Assembly: GCA_951406725.2 (NCBI GenBank)
Contig: OX597825.1
Location: 76,260,001-76,324,000 of the forward strand
From: Octopus vulgaris
Lineage: Eukaryota
Reading direction: 5' to 3'
Length of the DNA stretch: 64,000 nt
Position numbers and translations under genes: made by a program. A model generated the notes under the pieces. It did not search any database, was not told where the DNA came from, and saw only the letters and a list, made by a program, of their open reading frames with translations. This document shows, one piece after another, positions 39,685 to 51,647 of this stretch. Position 1 is the first letter of the stretch. Every line of letters starts with the position of its first letter.

Positions 39685-39897
39685 TCCTTTCTACTATAGG
39701 CACAAGGCCTGAAATTTGGGGAGGGGGCTAGTTGATTTCATTAACCCCAGTGCATAACTGGTACTTATTTAATTGACCCCGAAAGGGCAAAAGGCAAAGT
39801 CAACCTTGGTGAAATTTGAACTCAGAACATTGTGGTAGATGAAATACTACTAAGTATTTTGCCCAGCATGCTAACAATTCTGCCAGCTCACCACCTT
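39685..39897 (-). mobile_element. Meta-like tRNA SINE
   Basis: Family match to 3345-3550. Confidence 0.8.
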
Positions 39898-42072
39898 GTT
39901 ACAAACAATTTTATTACTCTAAATTCTTCCTTATTTTCAAAATTAATTAAATCAAAGGTAAAATAATTGAATAGAAATATGGTAACAAAAAAGGGTTAAA
40001 CTCAATCAGACATTTTTGGTGCTGTTATTAAACTGTCACTCTGGTGATACATGAAAGAAATTGATAATTATCTATTTTCATGATGAGATATGATTCGTTT
40101 GGTTGTATTTCCTCTTCTTTCGCTTGATCTTCTTAATTCCCATTCTGGATCTACCTAATTCTTCCCCACACCTTTTTTGATATACATACATGTTCATGTG
40201 CGCATGTATATATGTATGAATATATTTAAATAAATATGTGTATATGTGTGTTGGTGTTTATCTGTGTATGTATATGTGTATGGACCTATATTTTTGTATG
40301 TGCATGTGTATATGTGTATACACCCCTGAAATGAAGAATTTCTTGAATTGTGTATTGTTGTTATTCTTTCACTTGTTGGTCACATATCGCCCATAAACAA
40401 ACTTGAGAAAATGCATTCATTTAATCACAAAAATATAAAAAATCACAAAAAAATTAACAAGAGTATGAGTAATTTTGAGGATAACTGTAGATAATAGATT
40501 CTGTTAAGAGAGGCTGGTATTACTTTTCAACAGTGTAGGATAGGGGTGAGAGTTCACAGAGATTGGAAAATCACAGAGAAATATAGCAGATACATATTAT
40601 GGAGGTAGGCTTTTGAGGGGGCAGGGATAGGGGTAATAGAATGGAGATAGGAAAAAAGGCCACTTAGATAAAGCCAAACAGATGAGTATTGGTCTTATGT
40701 GGTTGGAATGAACTATGTTGTTGTGGTCTACCAGCCATCAATGAGAACTAAAATGCTAGAAATGGATACCCAACTTCAAGAGGGAGGCATTACAATTTCA
40801 GGATTGATAATTAAGTACAATATTTAGAGATTAATGTGGCTAGAGTACATAAAATATATATATATATTGAAGGAATAGATACCAATAAAAAATAAGATGC
40901 AAAGTTAACTTAGAAATAAAGGATAGTTTAAAATTGTAAGGTTTAAATTTACCAACCAAAGCCTAGAATTAAAGTGACACTTAGAACTAAGAATAAAATT
41001 GAATGAATTAAGATATATAAAATGAAAGGAAGTAAGAAAAACAAGGTAAAAAATATACATATATAAGGTAGAAAAGGAGTAAAATATAAAATAGAAAGAA
41101 TTTAATTTAATTTAATTTGGTGAAACTATGGGCCTATAGATTCTATGTCTAGAAAGAGATAGTATTATTTTATGTCTAGACAGAGATAATGACAGTGAAT
41201 ATGTAGAAACAGGTGTTATAGATATCATGTGTTGATTTCTCTTATATTTAGACCTGTGGAAGATCTTGAATGAATGGAAGCATTTATGTTTGGAGGTTGA
41301 AAAAGCTCCATGTTGCCTATTAAGCAATTGTGCTGAATCCTGTAGTAATATCTGCAGGGCTCCCCTTCTCTCAGTTGGATGCATTACTCAACCCCCTTTT
41401 TGAACTATGGATTTACTTGGGAATATACATAAGGAGGTACACCTTCATGGAAATATGGATAAATTCCCATACCCTTCAGAACAGAATGAACTATGAACTA
41501 TAATGAACCTTGAACTTCATACCTTATTCCACATTTCCCTTCATCAAATTCTCTCTACTTCTCTACATAACGGTTTCCTGCCTATATATTCTCTTGCTTG
41601 TACACTCAACATATTGATCCACTCCCTATGATATCCTAGAAACAGCTGTAAGACATTATTATTTACTTTTGTTCACTTCACCATTAAACTAATCTAAATG
41701 AACCGATAAGCTTGTCCTGCCTTGGGTTTTTTTTCCTCTTCTTTAAATTATAACTGCAGACTTGGAGGTAGATTACAGATTTCCTATTCTCTGCCTACTG
41801 AACAGTGGCCACCACAACTCCAGCCCCCATTGAGTACTTGGATCCTAGTAGCTTGTCAATTGGAACACACGGACTGCATATCTATTAGTTGAGATCACTT
41901 GTGACCTAAACTCTTCATCTTCACACACACACACACATACATTGTCAGATAGATTGAGAGATAGATACATATACACACTCACATATATATATATGTATAT
42001 AAACACTTGCATACATTTATCACACACACACAAGTACTCATGCACACACACACATACACACAAAATAATTAC

Positions 42073-42141
42073 CTGTTCCCATGATGGGAATTGTTTTGGT
42101 AGAATGTATTTGCTCTTGTTTCTCTTCTTCATCTTGTTTCC
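42073..42141 (-). CDS. Internal 69-nt exon: extracellular stalk and start of the TM helix
   Basis: tttattctttacttcttag| ... CAG|gtaatt; reads xKQDEEEKQEQIHSTKTIPIMGT(V); phase 1/1. Confidence 0.78.
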
Positions 42142-42461
42142 CTAAGAAGTAAAGAATAAATTTTAATTAAAAATTGACGAAATATCTCTGAAACACACAA
42201 ACATTATTATTGATCTGCATAATCCTGCATAATGTGAGGATTATCCATCTCAGACATTGATACCATCAATTTGAAGGAACCATTCAGCCAGGAATATACT
42301 CTTGGACATGAAAAGTAGCTGATGACAATAACAAATGATGAACTGATAACATCATCATTATTTTGATGTCTGCATTTCCATATTTGCATGGGATAAATGG
42401 AATTCGTTGAGGCAGATTTGTTAGGACAGGATGCCCTTCCTGTCCAGTACATGAATATGCA

Positions 42462-42496
<35 letters not shown>

Positions 42497-42518
42497 ATAT
42501 CTATCTATATATATATAT

Positions 42519-43060
42519 CATCATCATCATCATCGTTTAACGTCCGTTTTCCGTGCTAGCATGGGTTGGACGGTTCGACCAGGGTCTGGGAAGACAGGAG
42601 GCAGCACCAGGCAGTCTGATCTGGCAGTGTTTCTACAGCTGGATGCCCTTCCTAACGCCAACCACTCCATGAGTGTAGTGGGTGCTTTTTACGTGCCACC
42701 GGCACAGGTGCCAGGGGAGTCTGGCACTGGGCACGATCGGTTGGTGCTTTTTACGTGCCACTAGCGCAGACGCCAGTCAAAGCGGCACTGGCATCGGCCA
42801 CGTTCGGATGGTGCTTTTTACGTGCCACTAGCACAGAAGCCAGTCTAGGTGGCGCTGGCATCGGCCACATTCGGATGGTGCTTTTTACATGCAACCGGCA
42901 CAGAAGCCAGTCAAGGCGGCGCTGGCACCGGCCACATTCGGATGGTGCTTTTTACGTGCCACCGGCACAGGTATCACAACTACTATTTCCATATGATATT
43001 TATTTCGATGTTCATATACTTGACTCAATAGGTCTCCTCAAGTGTAGCAGGTTGTTCTGA
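42519..43060 (-). mobile_element. RTE 3' UTR fragment
   Basis: (CAT)n tail and ~60-bp internal repeats, flanked by (TA)n. Confidence 0.85.
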
Positions 43061-43081
43061 AATCATATATATATATATATA

Positions 43082-44335
43082 TTGGGTGGGTCACCCCATA
43101 AATAATGCATTTTCTTTATACTTCTTTTATTTTTCAAAATTAAGATAAACAAAGTTCCTTTTCAATCTAAAATATACTCTCTTTCATTTTCTACATTGCT
43201 CTTCCATCTATCTGGTAGACTTGCAAAGCCCCTCTTCCAAATTCACTTCTCCGTGATAGAAAATACTCCTCCAATACTGTTCTGACCTTGTCTACAGAAT
43301 TTATATTTTTTCCTTCAAAATGATTTTGAAAACTGCAGAATAAAATATAATCAGTTGGGGCAATGTCTGGCGAATATTCTGGGTGGGGCATCATTTCCCA
43401 CTCAAACTGCCCCAGCCTTCGGAACGTCATCCTCGCTGTATGTGTCTAAGCATTATCCTGATGGAAGGACACCTTTTCTCTTGAAATCAAAGATGCTCAT
43501 CTTCTAGTGCTGACTTAAGCCACTCAAACTGCTCACAGTAGATCTCCTTTGTTATCATTTGGTTTGGGTTTAAAACTTCAAAGTGGACTAAACGTTTCAT
43601 ATCCTACCAAACAGATAGCAACACCCTTACGTGGGTGAAGACATTCTTTAGCCAGGATTGGCACTGTTTCTCCTTTCCCTACCCAATTTCTTCAGCACTT
43701 GACATTTTTATAGAGAACCCATTTCTTCTCACCAGTCACTATTCAGTTCAAAACAGGTTCATTCATGAGACATGATAGCAAAGAACAAAGGTTCACTCTT
43801 TGTGCATGATTAGACTCAGTAAGTTTATGAGAACCCACTGACCCAATTAGCTGGCTTTTCCCATGGCACACAGGTATTGATGAATGGTTAAATGACCAAA
43901 TTCAAGCTTCTCAATAGTTACAATGGGATTTTGTTCCAACAAGGTTGGCAGGATGTCCTCGTCAAGCTCTACAGATCTTCTAGAATGAGGCTCATCTTCT
44001 AGGCTGTAGTTTCCAGCACAGAATCTTCGGAACCACCACTGACACTGGTTTACACTAACTGTCCAATCTCCATATACTGCATTACTATTCCTCACACTTT
44101 CCATTGTGTTCTTTCTTTTATTGACCACATAAAGAAAAATATGCCAAATATACTCCTTTGTAATTTCCATTATAGCGTTGAAAAAAATAATTGTTAAAAT
44201 CGAACTGCACTCTTCAAAACTTGCACTAAAAATAAGTACAAGGTAAAATTACTACCTGCTTTTATAGCAAGTTGATACAGCTAGACATTTAGTTCATGCA
44301 ATTGAAAATACTGCATTATTGATGGGATAACCCAA
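43082..44335 (-). mobile_element. Mariner element, decayed
   Basis: TIR gggtcaccccataaataatgc; HTH ORF 43847-44170; HQDNA and PHPEYSPDIAPTDY motifs. Confidence 0.88.
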
Positions 44336-44594
44336 TGATCACTGATGTTCACAGCAAGTCAATATTTTTTTTCTCTCCCTATCTCCCGTATCTCGCACAA
44401 CTTACATACATTTGCCGCTAATCGTTTTTAAATGTTTGAACTTATACACTAACGAGCTTGCCTTCCATATCTTATTCTTTCTCTACGAAATTTAATCCCT
44501 TAAGTTACCCTCTATTTTCTCTACGAAGTTTAACTCGATTTTCGCCACGCTTTCCCTATCTTTATCTTTCTCTACGAAGTTTAATCCGATCTTC

Positions 44595-44718
44595 GCAATT
44601 CGCGGTGCTCCCGCCCTTTCCCACCCCCACCACCAATACCGGTGAACACTGTTCACTGCAATTCGCAGTGCTCCCGCCCTTTCCCACCCCCACCACCAAT
44701 ACCGGTGAACACTGTTCA
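44595..44718. repeat. ~60-bp tandem duplication
   Basis: gcaattcgc(g/a)gtgctcccgccctttcccacccccaccaccaataccggtgaacactgttcac present twice. Confidence 0.85.
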
Positions 44719-45084
44719 CACCATCAACACCGGATATGCCCTCCTCCCTCCTCCTCCCCCACCACCATTACGTGTCTCCCCCTCCTACCCCTCCTCCTCA
44801 CATGCTTTCACCTCCCTCCACCAAGACAAGCAGCTAGCGCGGCAGCTCATCAACCGCCCCACTGATCTTACGTTCCTCCTGTTTTGAATCTGTCACCGCC
44901 TCAATCGGCTATCTCCTTCCAGTCCCCCCTCGTGATATCCTGCGCTTTTATCTCTTACGAACCTGTTCCAACCCCTCCCTGTCATCGTTCCTCCTTACCC
45001 CAACCTTCCCCGCTGGTGCTTCCCTATATTACCTGCACCCCCCACTTTCTCTCCCTCTCTTCTCACTGGTGGAATCTTTCTCAG

Positions 45085-46037
<953 letters not shown>

Positions 46038-46038
<1 letters not shown>

Positions 46039-46270
46039 GGTGGTGAGCTGGCAGAATCGTTAGCACGCCGAGTGAAATGCTTAGCAGTATTTCGTCTGTC
46101 CCTACGTTCTGTGTTCAAATTCCGCCGAATCGACTTTGCCTTTCATCCTTTCGGGGTCGATTAAATAAGTACCAGTTACGCACTGGGGTCGATAAAATCG
46201 ACTTAATTCATTTGTCTGTCCTTGTTTGTCCTCTCTGTGTTTAGCCCCTTGTGGGTAGTAAAGAAATAGG
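46038..46270 (+). mobile_element. Meta-like tRNA SINE
   Basis: Family match to 28122-28353. Confidence 0.88.
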
Positions 46271-46476
46271 TATTTCATCTTGCTTTACGTTCTGACCTCA
46301 AATCATACCCAAACTATTATATTTAATATATTTGATATATTTAATTTGCTTATCTGCCTAATTGCCTCAATACCCACTCAACTTTCTTTACCTTGTGGAA
46401 TAGACATTAGGTTTGAATCTTTTGAGCTCTACTGTCATCTTTATAGAGAATCTTTGGACTTCATCTGTGGACTATA

Positions 46477-46511
<35 letters not shown>

Positions 46512-46514
46512 AAT

Positions 46515-47060
46515 CATAGTCGTGGCCAATGCCAGTGCTGTCTGACTGGCACCCATTGTCGATGGCATGTAAAAAGCACCATTCGAGCATTGGGCCTCAT
46601 GGGGGTAGTGACAGGTGACCAAGACCTTTGGTGACAGACCATGCTTATGAAGACCTGTCAAGTCAAGTGAGGCTGGGGTCATGGCTGATGCTGGTACCAG
46701 CTTATTGGCACTCATGCCAATGGCACGTGAAAGACACCTACTACATGTTTGGAGTGGTTGGCATTAGGAAAAGCTTCCGGCCATAGAAACCTTGCCAAAG
46801 CAGATTGGAAACTGGTACAGCCCCCGACTTAGCAGTTTCCAGACAAACCCTGCAACCTGTGCCAGCATAGAAAGATGTTAACGATGTTGATGACGATGAT
46901 ATATATATATAGGATTAGGAAAAGCCTCTGGCCATAGAAACCTTGCCACATCAGGTTGGAAACTGGTGCAGCCCCCGATTTAGCAGTTTGCAGTCAAACG
47001 CTGCAACCTGTGCCAGCATAGAAAGCAGATGTTAACGATGTTGATAATGATAATGATGAT
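46515..47060 (+). mobile_element. RTE-related 3' UTR fragment with duplicated end
   Basis: 46765-46900 is repeated at 46915-47060; (GAT)n tails. Confidence 0.7.
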
Positions 47061-47243
47061 ATATATATATATATATATATATGATATATATAATATATAT
47101 TAGAGAAAATAAACCACTATTATGCAATTCAAACAATGATAGACATAAACCAAATCATGAATAAAAAATAAAATATATTTTTGTAAAACATAACTAGATC
47201 AAAAAAAGTATAAAAATGAATAATCAATATATAATAAGTAAAA

Positions 47244-47326
47244 AACTACATACATTTCATGTTTATAATTAAATTTAAGTTTAATCGAAATCAATTCAAT
47301 TTAAAATTATAGTCACTCTTCAGGTT
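47244..47326 (-). ncRNA. Type I hammerhead-like fold, degenerate
   Basis: aac-CTGAAGA-gtg.actataatt...aattata..cat-GAAA-tgtatg-TA-gtt. Confidence 0.55.
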
Positions 47327-48166
47327 AATGATAATAGTGAAATAAATAAGTAAATAGAGTTAAACAATATTTATTAAAAGAATAAAATAATGATTTTTCT
47401 TATAGAAGAAACTCCATTAACTAAATTTGAAACTTAAAACATTAGGATCAGTTGCCCACAATACATTTATTATGCTAAAATTTAAGGTAAAAAATAGAGT
47501 AAATAGATAGAAAAATGTATTTATCTGTGAAGATATAATTTAGCTTAATAAAAAACATTAATAAACTATAGAATATCTTTAACATACTTATACTCTAATG
47601 TTTAATTACCAAACTATTTTTAAATTTTAGTTCACATATAATAATTATAAAATAATAAATATATAAAAATAAGTATCTAAATAATAATCAACAAATGTAG
47701 TAATTAAAAATCTATATTTTTTCTATCAATAAACACATAAACAATAAATATATTAGTCTGCTATTACTTACATAGATATTATTAGATATCTTTCAAAAAT
47801 ATTTATGAAATAAAAGATAAGAATTGAAAAATTCCAAAGTAAATACATATAACTTATCTTTATAAAATACTTATTATTACTATTATTATTAAATGTAATA
47901 GTACTAGAAATATAATAAGACTAGAAATGTAATAAGAACTTTTAGTTCAATTAAAAGATTTTTACGATCTAGATCCCAAAGTGACTAATATTTTTAGATT
48001 TACGTTCAAATATAATAATTATAAAATAATAATATTTAAATAAATGTACATATTTAAGTTATCATTAACAAATAAAAAATTATAAATTAATTTTTAACAA
48101 TCAATACTTATATAGAGTACAATAATATTTCTTAAATATATATGTATTTATGATAAGCATATATTA

Positions 48167-48227
<61 letters not shown>

Positions 48228-48346
48228 GAGGGCATTATTATACATAGATGCCACACGCTAAGAGGGACAAAAAGTCATTTCTACCAAAAATTTTACTAAT
48301 CCCACCGAATGCAATCTTTCAAAGCAAGACATTTAAAAAATATAGA

Positions 48347-48389
48347 CTTGTATCACCTGTGATTTCGTACTTATGTACTCTTCAGCAAG
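48347..48389 (-). ncRNA. Minimal type I hammerhead ribozyme, copy 1
   Basis: cttg-CTGAAGA-gtac-ataa-gtac-GAAA-tcac-ag-gtga-TA-caag on the minus strand. Confidence 0.88.
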
Positions 48390-48803
48390 CCTGGACGTAT
48401 CATAAATAAACGACCCTGTCTCGTCGAAGCCAAGCAGCTAACTGTTCAACGTCAACGAAGCACATGGGGAAGTTTACATATATTACATCTGGTAAATGGC
48501 AGGCTTCTTCGAATTGCATTTCGGATAGGAAAAGTTTTTTCGGAATAAAGTTATTTAGCAATTAAGGACAACTTCTTAATAAGGAATCTTAATAAGAAAT
48601 TATCAGGTAGATAGCGTGAAAAACCTCATAAGATAAAAATTTCGAAAATAATTCTTTCTTATTGAACATATTAATTTATATATAGAGGGCATTATTATAC
48701 ATAGATGCCACACGCTAAGAGGGACAAAAAGTCATTTCTACCAAAAATTTTACTAATCCCACCAAATGCAATCTTTCAAAGCAAGACATTTAAAAAATAT
48801 AGA

Positions 48804-48846
48804 CTTGTATCACCTGTGATTTCGTACTTATGTACTCTTCAGCAAG
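48804..48846 (-). ncRNA. Minimal type I hammerhead ribozyme, copy 2
   Basis: Identical motif 457 nt from copy 1. Confidence 0.88.
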
Positions 48847-49017
48847 CCTGGACGTATCATAAATAAACGACCCTGTCTCGTCGAAGCCAAGCAGCTTCGG
48901 ATGTAATATATTTACCGGATGTAATATATGTAAACTCCCCCATGTGATTCGTTGACGTTGAACAGTTAGCTGCTTGGCTTCGACGAGACAGGGTCGTTTA
49001 TTTATGATACGTCCAGG

Positions 49018-49060
49018 CTTGCTGAAGAGTACATAAGTACGAAATCACAGGTGATACAAG
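49018..49060 (+). ncRNA. Minimal type I hammerhead ribozyme, copy 3
   Basis: Identical motif on the plus strand; predicted cleavage after AUA at 49056. Confidence 0.88.
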
Positions 49061-49305
49061 TCTATATTTTTTAAATGTCTTGCTTTGAAAGATTGCATTC
49101 GGTGGGATTAGTAAAATTTTTGGTAGAAATGACTTTTTGTCCCTCTTAGCGTGTGGCATCTATGTATAATAATGCCCTCTATATATAAGTTAATATGTTC
49201 AATAAGAAAGAATTATTTTCGAAATTTTTATCTTATGAGGTTTTTCATGCTATCTACCTGATAATTTCTTATTAAGATTCCTTATTAAGAAGTTGTCCTT
49301 AATTG

Positions 49306-49354
<49 letters not shown>

Positions 49355-49358
<4 letters not shown>

Positions 49359-51571
49359 TCTAGTTTCAGCTCAGAGCTGCAGCCATGCTGATGCACCGCC
49401 GTTTTGTGTTACACTGTTATTACAACGAGCCTCATCTAATATGTGGCACTTGGTGAAGAATGGAGTTTGATATAGCTACACTCATTTGCACCTCCTGCCG
49501 TGAGGTAGGTTCATCTGGGACTCTTGACAGGAAAATGTCCAGCTTAGATTTAAAAACCGCTACATCTACTTTGTGCAAGTTCCTCAGACTCTTTGGGAGA
49601 ATATTAAAAAGCTGTGGGCCCTTGAAACCCAGGCTGTTGCAGAAGCTGGTCCTGAAGCGTGATGGCATTCCTAGGATTTTTGGCACTATGCAGTGTCGTC
49701 CCAGTCTAGCATTGGTGTAGCTTACAATGCCAAAATTTGGCACAATTCCTTCCAGGATCTTCCAGACATATATTACTGCATACCTCTCCCGTCTTCTCTC
49801 CAGGGAGTAGAGTCTTAGCTGTTTCAACCTTTCCCAGTAGCTGAGCTGTTGCAAAGAGACGATATTCTTTGTGAATCTTCTCTGGATTGCTTCAAGGTCC
49901 GCTGTTAATTTTACACTGGTGGGTGACCATAGTTGTGAGCAGTAATCCAGGCGACTGAGGACGAATGTCCGCCAGAGGACCATCTTGATTTCCTTATCTC
50001 TGTTTCTGAATGTTCTTAGGATCCACCCAACCAGTCGTCTGCACTTTGTCGCCATTCTGGTAATGTGCACTTGGAAAGAGGTATCATCACTCATGTCGAT
50101 ACCCAGGTCCCTCACAGACTTAGGCTCTGGGATTGAAATTCCCTGTGGACCGGTGTATCCTGTAAGTTTAATATTCAGTTTTGGATGCTGGTAGCGCAGG
50201 GCTTGGAATTTTTCAGCATTAAACTGCATATTATTATCCTCAGCCCATCTGTAGATTGAGTCCAACTCCTGCTGCAGGTGTGCAACATCGCTGGAGTTCT
50301 GTATTTTCTGCGAGACTTTCGTATCGTCTGCATAGCTGGCCAGAGTGGCTATCCGGGCATTTGAGGGCATATCTGAGAGGGCCACTATAAAAAGCAGTGG
50401 TCCCAAGACAGTGCCCTGTGGAACACCGCTCACTATTTGTGTGTTCATAGAGGTGGCTCTATTAACCACTACTGCCTGACTCCTATCTTTCAGGAAGTCA
50501 TGCAACCACACTCCAAGTTTTCCAGCTATGCCGAGGTCACGTAGTTTGTGGCATATCATACCATGATCCACCTTGTCAAAAGCTTTTGCAAAATCAAGGT
50601 AGATTACGTCCACATTTGATTTGTTGAGTAACTGCCTCAACACCCAGTCATAATGCTGTAAGAGCTGGGTCAGGCAGCTCCTACCTGGTCGAAAACCATG
50701 CTGGGTATCACTCAGCAAGTTATTTTCCTCAAGGAATGTGATTAGTTTCTTTCTGACTATCCGTTCCATGACTTTGCTGATGTGTGAAGTCAGAGAGATA
50801 GGCCTATAGTTTTTGGCATCTGCCCTACTTCCCCCTTTATGTATTGGGCATATTATTCCCTCCTTCAGCTTGCTTGGCAGTTTGCCATTCGCAAGAAAGT
50901 TCTGGAAGAGAATCTTGAGGGGTTTTGCCTGGGCATGCTTACACGCTTTGAGGAGGATGGCTGGAAAACCGTCTGGACCAGCAGCTGAGTTTGTGTCCAC
51001 TTCATCTATGGCTAGTAGGACATCTTTTTCGCTAATGTCAATACATTCTATTGTAACCGCCTCGCTGGTTATAGGTAAGGCGGCAAAGAAGTCCACTGGG
51101 TCGTTCACTTGTCTGTGTTCCAAGGGGGTGGTAAAGACACTTTTGAACTGGTCATTCAGCATCTCACTGATCATAGTTGGACTGTCTGTGAGGGAGCCAT
51201 CCTTTTGGAGGAGGGGTCCTATCTTGTAGTGCACTGAGACTGCTTCTTTCACGTAATGAAAGAAGGCTTTTGGGTTTGATTTAATGTTTTTTATAACCCA
51301 GGCTTCTTTGTCTGCTTTCTCCTTCACATACGATAGTTGCAGCCTTTTTTCGATCTCCATCAGTGTTGTTTTTAGGCGGGACGTTTTGCTACTTTTGGGA
51401 TGTTGGTTGAGAAGATTTGCAACCTTCGTCCGTCGTCTCATGAGGATCTTCCTGTCTCTTGGAATCTTGCTCCTATTTGCTTGGCCTTGTGCTCTGGAAC
51501 ATATTTCTGGCATACGGCTTGCACAGAAGACATGAAATATTCTAGTTTCATGTCAATGTCTGGTGTGGAGA

Positions 51572-51572
<1 letters not shown>
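49355..51572 (-). mobile_element. CR1-group LINE, 5'-truncated, with an open 693-aa RT ORF (49432-51513)
   Basis: NYRPISLTS, QHGFR, YLDFAKAFD, GVPQGTVLGPLLF, YADD, RDLG, LYSLERRRER; (TA)n on both sides. Confidence 0.95.
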
Positions 51573-51624
<52 letters not shown>

Positions 51625-51647
51625 GTAAAAGACTTTTCCATTCTTCC

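Larger units (their letters stand above)
48218..49308. mobile_element. Retrozyme-like/PLE terminal-repeat structure: 457-bp tandem unit plus inverted copy
   Basis: 48218-48437 is nearly identical to 48675-48894; about 48557-48894 is inverted at 48970-49308; three hammerheads; flanked by (TA)n. Confidence 0.85.
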
